This document shows positions 9,334 through 17,897 of a DNA stretch of 64,000 nucleotides, piece after piece; the first letter of the stretch is position 1; each line of letters begins with the position of its first letter. Below the pieces are notes generated by a model. The model was not told where the DNA came from. It searched no databases and saw nothing but the letters and a program-made list of their open reading frames with translations. The position numbers and the translations under genes are program-made. Source of the stretch: Myxococcales bacterium (lineage in GTDB: Bacteria > Myxococcota_A > Polyangia > Polyangiales > DASUME01); assembly GCA_047601445.1 (NCBI GenBank), contig JASGJH010000001.1, forward strand, positions 8,384,001 to 8,448,000. Reading direction: 5' to 3'.

Positions 9334-10851
9334 GTGGCCAAACGAGCGATCATCATGGCGGGTGGTGGAGTCAAGGTTGCGTTTCAGGCAGGCGTGCTCC
9401 AGGTCTGGCTGGACGAAGCCGGGCTGACGTTCGACCACGGCGATGGCGCGAGCGGCGGCGTCTTCAATCTGGCCATGTGGTGTCAGGGCATGACGGGCAC
9501 TCAGATTGCCGACGCCTGGCGTAGGACCGTTCCAGTGGAAGGTGTGTCGCTCAATTTGGCCCAGCTCCCCAAGCTCCTTTGGGCACGCTCGTTGTTCACG
9601 CTCGACGCCTATCGCAAGCACGTCTTTCCTGGCTGGGGTCTCGACTGGGACAAGATCCGAGCTTCGTCCAAGCAGGCGTCGTTCAACGTGTACAACTTCA
9701 GCAAGCACAGGCTGGAGGTCCTCTCCCCGGCGCAGATGAACGAAGACCGGCTTTGCGCTTGTGTCTCGCTGCCCATGTGGTTCGAGCCGGTTCGCATCGA
9801 CGGCGACACCTATATCGACGCGGTGTTTCGCACGGACGGCAACCTGGAGGAGGCCATTCGCCTCGGTGCGGACGAGCTCTGGGTAATCTGGACGGTCAGC
9901 CTGCAAGGCACCTGGAATGACGGCTTCGTGGCCAACTACTTCCAGATCATCGAGGCCTCCGCCAACAGTCATTTCAAGCGCCAGTGCGAGCGCATCGAGG
10001 CCAACAACGCGGCGATCGACGCAGGCAAGGCCGGTGAGTTCGGTCGCAAGATTGCGCTCAAAGTTCTGCAAGCCGAGGTGCCGATGCACTACCTGGTGAA
10101 CTTCAGCCAGGACCGCTTGGTCGAGTGCGTGAACCTGGGGGTTCAGCAAGCCCGCCGCTGGTGCGGCGAGCAAGGCATTCCGCTGACGGCTGGGGAGGAC
10201 GCCCCCACCGACGTCCATACGGTGCAGACCAAGCTGCAGTTTACCGAGGAAATGAAGGGGTACCTCAGCCTGGGCGAGAGCGACTATGAAGCTGGTTACT
10301 TGCGAGGGAAGAAGAGCGGCACCACCGCGATGTTCCACCTGACCATCAAGGTCGATGGCGTGAACCACTTCGTCACGCATCCGCAGCACGAGGCCGGCAT
10401 GGAAGGGTACGTGGACTGCCCAGCCTTCGGGGGGCGCATGCAGGTGCTCGACGGCGCGTTCAACTTGTTCGTGGATGATGGCGATCCGCACCACAAGTTC
10501 ATGTACTACCGCATCTGGTTTTCGGACGGAGAGGGGAAGCCCAAGACTTTGCTCGGCTTCAAGGACGTCAAGGACGACCCCGGATTCGATGTCTGGTCAG
10601 ACACGACGACGTTGTTCACGCGCATCTACGAGGGCCACATTGCCGAGCACGAAGAGGGCACCGGGAAGGTGTTGGCGGCGGGCATCCTCAAGATTCCGCT
10701 GCCGAGCTTCCTACGGCAGCTGACTACCTTCCGGACCGAGGGGCCGACCCTGACGGACCGCACGGCGGCCCTGGCGCGTTTTGGTGCGCTGTTCATGGGC
10801 AGTCTCTGGGATGTCTACGCAACTCACGTACTTTCGTCCGGCCCAGTCTGA
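9334..10851 (+). CDS. Patatin-like phospholipase fused to a cholesterol-oxidase-associated C-terminal domain
   Basis: AGGGVK, GASGG and YIDAV patatin motifs, then an FTEEMKGY..FHLTI..GAFNLF..GFKDV..DVWSDTTTLF domain. GTG start behind GGAGG. Confidence 0.78.
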   Translation: MAKRAIIMAGGGVKVAFQAGVLQVWLDEAGLTFDHGDGASGGVFNLAMWCQGMTGTQIADAWRRTVPVEGVSLNLAQLPKLLWARSLFTLDAYRKHVFPGWGLDWDKIRASSKQASFNVYNFSKHRLEVLSPAQMNEDRLCACVSLPMWFEPVRIDGDTYIDAVFRTDGNLEEAIRLGADELWVIWTVSLQGTWNDGFVANYFQIIEASANSHFKRQCERIEANNAAIDAGKAGEFGRKIALKVLQAEVPMHYLVNFSQDRLVECVNLGVQQARRWCGEQGIPLTAGEDAPTDVHTVQTKLQFTEEMKGYLSLGESDYEAGYLRGKKSGTTAMFHLTIKVDGVNHFVTHPQHEAGMEGYVDCPAFGGRMQVLDGAFNLFVDDGDPHHKFMYYRIWFSDGEGKPKTLLGFKDVKDDPGFDVWSDTTTLFTRIYEGHIAEHEEGTGKVLAAGILKIPLPSFLRQLTTFRTEGPTLTDRTAALARFGALFMGSLWDVYATHVLSSGPV

Positions 10852-10870
10852 AATTCCGGAGAGCACGACC

Positions 10871-12448
10871 ATGGATTTCGACGCGATCGTGATCGGAAGC
10901 GGCTTCGGCGGCGCCATCACCGCCTGCCGCTTGCAGGAGCAGGGCCACAAGGTGTTGGTGCTCGAGCGTGGCCGGCGTTGGGACAAGAAGACCTTTCCGC
11001 GCGCCCCCGAGGACCCCTGGATTTGGCATAACGAAGCCCGTGAGCGGCTGAACGGCTGGGCGGAGGTGCACGCCTTCAAGAACATGGGCGTGGTCACCGG
11101 CGCCGGCGTGGGCGGCGGTTCTCTGATCTACGCGAACATTTCCTGTGAAGCCCATCGGGATACGTTCAAGCGCGGTTGGCCTGCCGAGATCAGTTACGAG
11201 GTCCTGAAGCCCTTCTATGATCGCGTGGGCGCGTTCATGAACGTTGGCGCGATCCCCGACGGGCAAATCACCGCACGCATGCAGTTGATGAAGGAGGGCG
11301 CCAACGCCATCGGTGCGCCCGAACGCTACAAGAAGCTGCAGCTGGCCGTCAGCTTCGACGACCAGTGGACCTACGCCACGGACTTTGAGCGCGGTGAGGC
11401 CGCCAGCAAGATCTTCAAGAATCAGCAGGGCGCCGAGCAAGGTACGTGCGTGCATCTGGGGCGCTGCGACGTCGGCTGTGACGTCCTGGCCAAGAACACC
11501 CTCGATCTGAACTATCTGTACTGGGCGGAGAAAAAAGGCACGGAAGTGCGGCCGCTCCACTTCGTCACCAACATCGAGCCGCTCTCGCAGGGTGGCTATC
11601 GCGTGGCGTTCGAGGAGCTCAAGGGCGGCGCGCGTCATCCGGGCAGCGCCACCGCGAAGCTGGTGATCGTGGCGGCAGGTTCGATCGGCTCCACCGAGCT
11701 CTTGTTGCGCTGCAAACTCGAGACCAAGAGCCTGCCCAAGCTGAGCGAACGCCTCGGCTACAACTGGAGCAGCAACGGAGACTTCCTCACCCCGGCCCTG
11801 CAGCTCGGCCGCGAGGTGAACCCCGCAGTCGGACCGACCATCGGGAGTGCCATCGACTTCTTCGAAGAAGGCGTGGAGGGCGGTTTCTGGATCGAGGACG
11901 GCGGTTTCCCAGCGCTGGTCTCGGGATTGATTGACCACAGGCTCGACCAGCGTGACATCGGCTTCAAGGCCAAGGTCATCCTGAAGTTCATGCAGAAGCT
12001 GTTGCGCCAGAAGGAGGCGTTCCGGAACGTCATGCCCTGGTTCGCCCAGGGCGTGGATGCCGCGAATGGGAAGCTGATGCTGCGACAGCGCTCGTTTCTC
12101 GATAAGCGTCTGAAGCTCGATCTCGAGTGGGACATCGATCGCTCGCGCGAGGTGATGGACAAGATCGTGGCCATGCACGTGAAGCTCGCCCGGCACACGG
12201 GAGGCGTTCCCGTGGTTCCCCCGAGCTGGAGCATCTTCAAGGACTTGATCACGCCTCATCCGCTCGGGGGCTGCAACATGGGCAGGGATGCGAGCCAGGG
12301 GGTGGTCGACCACGCAGGACAGGTGTTCGGCTATCCAGGGCTGTACGTCGCGGACGGCGCCATCATCCCGGAGGCACTGGGTGTCAACCCGTCGCGCACC
12401 ATCGGCGCGCTCGCAGAGCGCATCGCCATGCTGATCGGAGCGCGCTGA
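10871..12448 (+). CDS. GMC oxidoreductase, cholesterol-oxidase (ChoD)-like
   Basis: IVIGSGFGG FAD motif, LERGRRW, GVGGGSLIYAN, CVHLGRCDVGC, AKNTLDLNYL, ITPHPLGGC, GVNPSRTI. Confidence 0.88.
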   Translation: MDFDAIVIGSGFGGAITACRLQEQGHKVLVLERGRRWDKKTFPRAPEDPWIWHNEARERLNGWAEVHAFKNMGVVTGAGVGGGSLIYANISCEAHRDTFKRGWPAEISYEVLKPFYDRVGAFMNVGAIPDGQITARMQLMKEGANAIGAPERYKKLQLAVSFDDQWTYATDFERGEAASKIFKNQQGAEQGTCVHLGRCDVGCDVLAKNTLDLNYLYWAEKKGTEVRPLHFVTNIEPLSQGGYRVAFEELKGGARHPGSATAKLVIVAAGSIGSTELLLRCKLETKSLPKLSERLGYNWSSNGDFLTPALQLGREVNPAVGPTIGSAIDFFEEGVEGGFWIEDGGFPALVSGLIDHRLDQRDIGFKAKVILKFMQKLLRQKEAFRNVMPWFAQGVDAANGKLMLRQRSFLDKRLKLDLEWDIDRSREVMDKIVAMHVKLARHTGGVPVVPPSWSIFKDLITPHPLGGCNMGRDASQGVVDHAGQVFGYPGLYVADGAIIPEALGVNPSRTIGALAERIAMLIGAR

Positions 12449-12455
12449 AGGCGCC

Positions 12456-12947
12456 ATGGACGATTCCACGGATATTATGTGGCCGAGCGAGTTCGCGCCG
12501 ACGCGTGCCCCCGTTCACGTGGCGAATCGGCTCACCAGCGCCGCTGCGCCCGAAGCCGTCTGGGCATGGCTGGTGCGAGCGTCGGGTTGGCCGCATTGGT
12601 ACCCCAACTCTCACCGCGTGCGCATCGAGGGCGGCAAGCTCGAGCTCGAGCCGGCCGCACGCTTTGCCTGGAGCACGTTCGGCGTGAGCCTCGTCTCGCA
12701 GGTGGAGGAGTTCGTTCCCGGGAAGCGCATCGCTTGGAATGCGCGCGGCCTTGGCGTGTGGGCCTATCACGCGTGGCTGATCGAGCCGCGCGGGACTGGC
12801 TGCCTCATCGTCACCGAGGAGACTCAGTACGGGGTGCTTGCACGCCTCGGTCACTTCTTCGCGCCTCAACGCATGTCACGCGGCCATCAGATGTGGCTGG
12901 AGCGCCTGGACGCGAAGGCCCTGGCGGGGCCCCCCGCCGACTCCTGA
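12456..12947 (+). CDS. SRPBCC / START-like lipid-binding protein
   Basis: AAPEAVWAWLVRASGWPHWYP, F.WSTFG, RIAW, HAWLIEP and a C-terminal helix HQMWLERL. Confidence 0.82.
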   Translation: MDDSTDIMWPSEFAPTRAPVHVANRLTSAAAPEAVWAWLVRASGWPHWYPNSHRVRIEGGKLELEPAARFAWSTFGVSLVSQVEEFVPGKRIAWNARGLGVWAYHAWLIEPRGTGCLIVTEETQYGVLARLGHFFAPQRMSRGHQMWLERLDAKALAGPPADS

Positions 12948-12976
12948 GGCGCGGGCAGTGAACCCAGGCGTGGCCG

Positions 12977-13276
12977 TCACGTGAGCAGGCGCTTCACGCT
13001 CTCGATCTTGTCGTCCATGGTCTGTGCCCGGTCCGTGCGCGTACCGAGGCGAATCGAGGTGGTGATGCGCGGAGCACCCATCGCATGCACGCGCTCGTGA
13101 CACTGACGGAGTACGGCCATGACGGCGTCCCAGTCGCCTTCCACGACCGTGCCATAGGCGTGCATCTGGTGGTGCAGGCCGGAGGCCGCCAGCACGCGCT
13201 GGCACTCGGCGACATAGGCAGACACCGAAACGCCCACGCCGAGGGGCACCACACAGAAATCGAGCATCACCTGCAT
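12977..13276 (-). CDS. MTH1187/YkoF-family thiamine-binding protein
   Basis: MQVMLDFCVVPLGVGVSVSAYVA...MHAYGTVVEGDWD...RITTSIRLGTRTDR...KIESV. RBS AAGGAG upstream of ATG 13276. Confidence 0.88.
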   Translation of the reverse strand: MQVMLDFCVVPLGVGVSVSAYVAECQRVLAASGLHHQMHAYGTVVEGDWDAVMAVLRQCHERVHAMGAPRITTSIRLGTRTDRAQTMDDKIESVKRLLT

Positions 13277-13313
13277 TGGCTTCTCCTTGGGTAGGGCGCG
13301 TGAGAGATCGTGT

Positions 13314-14696
13314 TTATACTCGCCAGGGCGTGGGACGCGGCGGGCTGTAGGCACAGAAGACGCCGGTGGTAACCGAGCTGTCGAGGTGATGGCCGAGCTC
13401 GGGCAGCGCACTCCGGATCTTCTCGATGCTCTCGCGGATGCGGGCACTGACGGCCTTGCGAGCACGTTCGACCGGGTCTGCGAGCCCGCGCCGCCGTCCA
13501 CCAAGGCCGGTGGCAGCGCGCAGCTCGTCCAGAAGCGCGTCGCGCTCGTGGCGGTGGCGCTCGGCGTGTTCACTGTCGCCGGAGGCCTCCGCATCGTCGA
13601 TGGCGCGTTCCAGCTGGTGCAGCCTGTTGCGGACGTCGGCCCGCGCGCGCTCGTCGAGGATCGGGTCGGCGGGTGCGGGAGCCCGCGCGACAGCCTCCGG
13701 TCCTTCCATGAGCTGTGCCACGAAGATCTCCTCGCCCGGGCGCGACAGCAAGAGAGACAGGTCGGCGAGTCCGCGCGCGTGCTTGAGGTGGCAGCGCCGA
13801 CCGGCGAAGGCGATGCTCCAGATTTCACCTTCGCGCACGAACTCGTTCTCGTGGTCGCGCCGCTCAGAGGCCAGGCGAGAGCGCGGATTGCCGGGGACCA
13901 GGAAGGACAGCGTAGCCTGTGCCACCGATTCCCAGTCACCGAGCCAGGGAAGATGGGCGTCGCCCTCGAGGGGCACGAACGTGGCACCCGGAATGACGGA
14001 GGCCAGGTGGCGACCGTGACCGAACCCGATGGCATGGTCGTCCTTGCGATGCAGCACCAGAGTGGGTACGCGGATCTGGCCCACCACATCCGAGACGTCC
14101 ATGCGGTAGATGTGCTCGAGCGTGGCGGCGGCAATCTCGGAAGATGCCGATGCGCGCTGGCTCTCGGCGAGCCGCTTGCGCTCCTCGGTCGTGTACCCGG
14201 GCGCGAACATGTCCGTCAGAGCCTTCGAGCCCAGGCCCCAGTGGGCGCGCACCAGATGGACCATGGCCTGCTGAAGGTCCGCGGGCGCCAGCTTGGGGCC
14301 ACACGCATAAGCACCGTACAAGACCAGCTGGCTCACGCGCTCCGGGTGACGTGCGGCGTAAGCGATGGCCGGCGGTCCGCCGCAGGAGCCGCCAAAGAGA
14401 ATCACTCGCTCGCTGCCCAGTTCCCCGATGAGCTTGTCGAGATTGGTGACCTCGTCTTCCAGCGAGTGCGCCGCGCTCTCGCGATCGCTCAATCCGACGC
14501 CGGGACGATCGTACCGAACGACCGCGAAGTGCTCCGTGAGTCGGTTGAACAGGGCGCGGAACCCGGGATCGTTGAAGTCGTGCTCGAGGTGGCTCACCCA
14601 CCAGGCCGGGAAGACCAGCGACGGCCCATGGCCGTCGACAGCGTAGGCGATGGGTTTTCCCGCCGTTCCTTGAAAGAAGCGGATCCTGGCTGGCAC
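13314..14696 (-). CDS. Alpha/beta-hydrolase-fold protein fused to a putative transcription-regulator C-terminal domain
   Basis: RYDRPGVGLSDR, FGGSCGG elbow, VPTLVLH..D, GDAHLPW. C-terminus GLADLSLLLSRPGEE..DPILDERAR..ERARKAVSARIR..TGVFCAY resembles tails of ATPase-type regulators. Confidence 0.75.
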   Translation of the reverse strand: MPARIRFFQGTAGKPIAYAVDGHGPSLVFPAWWVSHLEHDFNDPGFRALFNRLTEHFAVVRYDRPGVGLSDRESAAHSLEDEVTNLDKLIGELGSERVILFGGSCGGPPAIAYAARHPERVSQLVLYGAYACGPKLAPADLQQAMVHLVRAHWGLGSKALTDMFAPGYTTEERKRLAESQRASASSEIAAATLEHIYRMDVSDVVGQIRVPTLVLHRKDDHAIGFGHGRHLASVIPGATFVPLEGDAHLPWLGDWESVAQATLSFLVPGNPRSRLASERRDHENEFVREGEIWSIAFAGRRCHLKHARGLADLSLLLSRPGEEIFVAQLMEGPEAVARAPAPADPILDERARADVRNRLHQLERAIDDAEASGDSEHAERHRHERDALLDELRAATGLGGRRRGLADPVERARKAVSARIRESIEKIRSALPELGHHLDSSVTTGVFCAYSPPRPTPWRV

Positions 14697-14705
14697 CGCG
14701 TGAGT

Positions 14706-15461
14706 TTACCGGGCGGCGGAGGCTCCAGCCAAGGGCCCGGACGAGGCCCGACGGGGCAGGGGCAGCAGCATCGGAACCGTTGCCTGGTAGCGCCGATACT
14801 CATCACCGAACACGCGTACCAGGTCCCGCTCTTCGTGCTTCACCCCGATCAGCACGTACGCAGTCAGCAGCGCGGCGAGCAGGAGGTGGCCCGCGCTCAT
14901 CGTCGGCGTGCTCCAGAGCGCCAGCAGCATGCCGAAGTAGAGGGGGTGACGGACCCAGCGATAGAACAGCGGCGTCCGCAGGACCGGCTTGGACGCGTCG
15001 CTGGCCAGCCCCTGGCGCAGCCCGAACAGCTCCCAGTGATCGATCAGGAAGGTGCTGACGAGTGCGATCGCCCACCCGGCGACCTGCAGCGTCCGTGCGA
15101 CCAGGGCCAGCGCGCCGCCGCTGGTCCACAGCTGGAAGGTGCCGATCGGCCGCCACTGCCAGCAAAGCAGGGCGACCTGCGCAGCAGCGATCAGCACGTA
15201 CGTGCTCCGCTCGGCCGCGGGCGGGACGATCCGCGTCCAAGCGCGCTTGAAGGCTGGGCGAGCCATCACGCTGTGGACAAGGCCGAAGAAGAACACTAGC
15301 CCCACGTCAAGCGAGACGGCCAACAGCGGCGAGGTGGCGGGACCGTCGTCGATCGTCTTGGGCACGCCCCAGCCCGAAGCGAAGCCCGCAAAGTAGCTGA
15401 ACGACGCCAGGAACGCCGCATAGGCGAGCAGTGCATAGAGACGAATGAACGGATGTCGCAT
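14706..15461 (-). CDS. mddA: Methanethiol S-methyltransferase (isoprenylcysteine carboxylmethyltransferase / nurim-like)
   Basis: VPKTID, HSVMARPAFKRAWTRIVP.AAERSTYVL, WQWRP, STFLIDHWELFGLRQ, YRWVRHPLY, EERDL..FG..Y..Y...VPMLLP. Confidence 0.8.
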   Translation of the reverse strand: MRHPFIRLYALLAYAAFLASFSYFAGFASGWGVPKTIDDGPATSPLLAVSLDVGLVFFFGLVHSVMARPAFKRAWTRIVPPAAERSTYVLIAAAQVALLCWQWRPIGTFQLWTSGGALALVARTLQVAGWAIALVSTFLIDHWELFGLRQGLASDASKPVLRTPLFYRWVRHPLYFGMLLALWSTPTMSAGHLLLAALLTAYVLIGVKHEERDLVRVFGDEYRRYQATVPMLLPLPRRASSGPLAGASAAR

Positions 15462-15471
15462 ACCTTGAAGG

Positions 15472-15501
15472 CGCTAGAACCGGGGCCGCACCCCGCTAGA
15501 A
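15472..15501. promoter_or_regulatory. Direct repeat CGCTAGAA x2 with 22-bp period immediately upstream of mddA
   Basis: CGCTAGAA at 15472-15479 and 15494-15501. Confidence 0.4.
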
Positions 15502-15623
15502 GCGAACTGGCACACCCGAAAGTTCGCGCGCCAGCCTGTTTGAGTTGGTGTGCGTCTGCGTGCGTGTAGCCCTAACCTGACGTGAGCGCGTGAGTGGCCG
15601 GCCCTCTCGCTCCACCGTGAAGT

Positions 15624-16097
15624 ATGATCCTCCAAAGGGCGGGGAGCATGGAACGCGGACGGGTCGTACTTTCCACGGTGGCACTCACGCAGGTCGACGA
15701 CCTGCTGATTCTCTTTCAGGGCGGCACGGACATCCCCGAGTCCGAAATCACGGCCTGGATGGATCGCATCGCGAAGTTCGACTACGACTACCTGCTGATT
15801 TCGATTCATGGCAGCGGTGGCATGAACTCCAAGCAGCGCGCTCGCATCGGGGAGTTCTGGAAACAGTCGGGCCGCGAGCATCCGCGCACCGCGGTCCTGA
15901 CGGAGTCGGCGGTGCAGCGTCACATTGCGACAGCGATGACCTGGATTCTCGGCAAGCCCATCAAGGTGTTGGCCCCCGATCAGCTCGAGGAAGCGCTCAA
16001 GTACCTGGGCACGCGCGCCAATATGGCGGAGGTCTCGCGCACCGTGAGAGCCGTCCACACGGCGCTCGAAGAGAAGAGCCGACTCAAGACCGGCTGA
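15624..16097 (+). CDS. Small STAS/SpoIIAA-like hypothetical protein
   Basis: Pattern ..NSKQRARI..RTAVLTES...HIATAMTW..IKVLA..LEEALKYL. Start may instead be ATG 15648 behind GGGGAG. Confidence 0.6.
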   Translation: MILQRAGSMERGRVVLSTVALTQVDDLLILFQGGTDIPESEITAWMDRIAKFDYDYLLISIHGSGGMNSKQRARIGEFWKQSGREHPRTAVLTESAVQRHIATAMTWILGKPIKVLAPDQLEEALKYLGTRANMAEVSRTVRAVHTALEEKSRLKTG

Positions 16098-17049
16098 CGC
16101 TGCGACCCGTCTGGCGTCCCCCCTTGGATGCCGACGGGCGTCGCTGGATGCGTCCCGCGGGTAGAGCTGGCAACGCCGCGTACTGTTCGCCGAGCCATTG
16201 CGTGAGCTCTTCGAAGGGAAAGCGCGTGTCGTCGTCGCGATGCGCCAGCGCGATTTGCCCGGGCAACGTGAAGCGTCCCGGAAGAGGCACCGCGAGCCGG
16301 CCACTCGTGACCCACTCGGTGGTGAGCGGAAACATGCCCCACATCACGCCGAGGCCATGTTCGGCCGCGCGTACGGCCTCCAGGTACGTGTCGAATGTCT
16401 GCACCTGATTGGGATCGACCGTGAAGCCATGGCTCTTAAGCCCATTCACGATCCCTCGGTCCGACAGGGTCTGCACCTCGATCAGCTGCTGCTTCGCCAC
16501 GTCCTTGATGTCCCGGATCGAATGCGCGAGTTCGGCCGAGCAAACGAGCGTGATGACGAGGTCGCCGAACGAGCGCGCGGTCACACCGGGCCGCACGGCT
16601 CCTCCGAGTCGGATGGTGGCGTCGAGCTCGCTGCTGCGCAGATCGGTGACGTGAACGTTGGTTTCGATACGCACCTTGAACCCTGGAAAGCGCGCGCGCA
16701 GGCTGGCCATCCGCGGCAGCAGGAACTCGTATGCCACGAAGGGAATCGTCTCCAGCCTCAACACCGGGGCTGCCGTGCGCTCACGAAGGGACTTCCCGGC
16801 GTCGCGCACGTCACGTAGTGCCTGGCGCACGCGTCGCAGGTAACGCTCGCCATCGTCGGTCAACTCCACGCTGCGTCCGCGGCGAATGAAGAGCTCGGTT
16901 CCGAGCGAGTCCTCGACCGCCTTCACCTGCTGGCTAACAGCAGAGCGCGTGATGTGCAGTTCGTCCGCCGCGGCCTTGAAGCTGCCGAGGCGGCCGGCAG
17001 CCTCCACGGCGAGCAGGAAGCCAAGCGGTGGCAGGTCATGGAATTGCAA
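16084..17049 (-). CDS. LysR-family transcriptional regulator (GcvA-like)
   Basis: LPPL..L.AVEAAGRLGSFKAAADELHITRSAVSQQVKAVEDSLG.ELF.R.GR.VELT HTH plus substrate-binding domain. Divergent from the DsbA-family gene. Confidence 0.92.
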   Translation of the reverse strand: MQFHDLPPLGFLLAVEAAGRLGSFKAAADELHITRSAVSQQVKAVEDSLGTELFIRRGRSVELTDDGERYLRRVRQALRDVRDAGKSLRERTAAPVLRLETIPFVAYEFLLPRMASLRARFPGFKVRIETNVHVTDLRSSELDATIRLGGAVRPGVTARSFGDLVITLVCSAELAHSIRDIKDVAKQQLIEVQTLSDRGIVNGLKSHGFTVDPNQVQTFDTYLEAVRAAEHGLGVMWGMFPLTTEWVTSGRLAVPLPGRFTLPGQIALAHRDDDTRFPFEELTQWLGEQYAALPALPAGRIQRRPSASKGGRQTGRSVSRS

Positions 17050-17181
17050 GGAAGTAGGCCTTCTGTAAGTCCGTTCGAGCGTAACTTTGGCTAACCCATG
17101 GGCAAGGAGATATCGCTTGTGTGCTGCACGAGTATGGACGCAAGCTGCCCTCGCTTACACCTGCTTATTGGAGACTCGATC

Positions 17182-17796
17182 ATGGGCGCTCTTCACCCCA
17201 TCCGCTTCTACTTCAGCTTCCGCAGCCCCTACGCGTGGCTCGCCGCAGAACGCTTCGAGCTCGAGCTCGCGGGGTTCGACTACGAGGTCGAACTCATTCC
17301 GTTGTTTCCCACCGCCGAGACCTTCCCGAACGATCCCGTCAGAGTGCCGAACAAGCTGCGTTACCTGGTGGCCGACACCATGCGCCTTGCGCGCGAGTAC
17401 GGCCTTCGCTTTCGTCTCGGCGCCGGGATCGACAACGACTGGGCCAAGGCCCACGCGGCGTTCCTGGGCGCCGTGCAGCGAGGCGTGGGCTTTCGCTTCA
17501 TGCAGGAGATGTTTCGAGCTCGCTTCTGCGAGGCGCGCGACCTCGGCGACGATGGCGTGCTGAGCACGGTCGCAGAGCGCTGTCAGCTGTCGGCCGCGGA
17601 GATCCTGGCCGCCGCGAACTCCGAAGAGTTGCGAGCCCAGGTGAGCGAGAACTTCAGCCTCGGCCAAAAGCGCGACGGCATTTTCGGCGTGCCCAGCTTC
17701 CTCTACCAAGGTCAGCTCTTCTGGGGGCACGACCGACTCGGCTCGCTGCGCCGTGCGCTGCTCGAAGCCGAGGGCGCACGCGCCGTGGCCTCCTAG
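17182..17796 (+). CDS. 2-hydroxychromene-2-carboxylate isomerase / DsbA (GST-kappa) family protein
   Basis: IRFYFSFRSPYAWLA and GIFGVPSF...QLFWGHDRL motifs; RBS GGAG. Confidence 0.85.
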   Translation: MGALHPIRFYFSFRSPYAWLAAERFELELAGFDYEVELIPLFPTAETFPNDPVRVPNKLRYLVADTMRLAREYGLRFRLGAGIDNDWAKAHAAFLGAVQRGVGFRFMQEMFRARFCEARDLGDDGVLSTVAERCQLSAAEILAAANSEELRAQVSENFSLGQKRDGIFGVPSFLYQGQLFWGHDRLGSLRRALLEAEGARAVAS

Positions 17797-17897
17797 TCCG
17801 TTCGAATCTTCTCGTGTGAAGGAGCACCGTCGCTTGCCAACCCCGGCGAGGAGGCTGGGCTGCGCGCGTATCGGCTTGGATTGCGGAGGAATGGAAT

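Noticed and set aside
12977..14134. 385-aa ORF appearing to extend the thiamine-binding protein
   Set aside because: The N-terminal 286 codons overlap the real hydrolase-regulator gene in another frame and are low-complexity. A good RBS and ATG exist at 13276.
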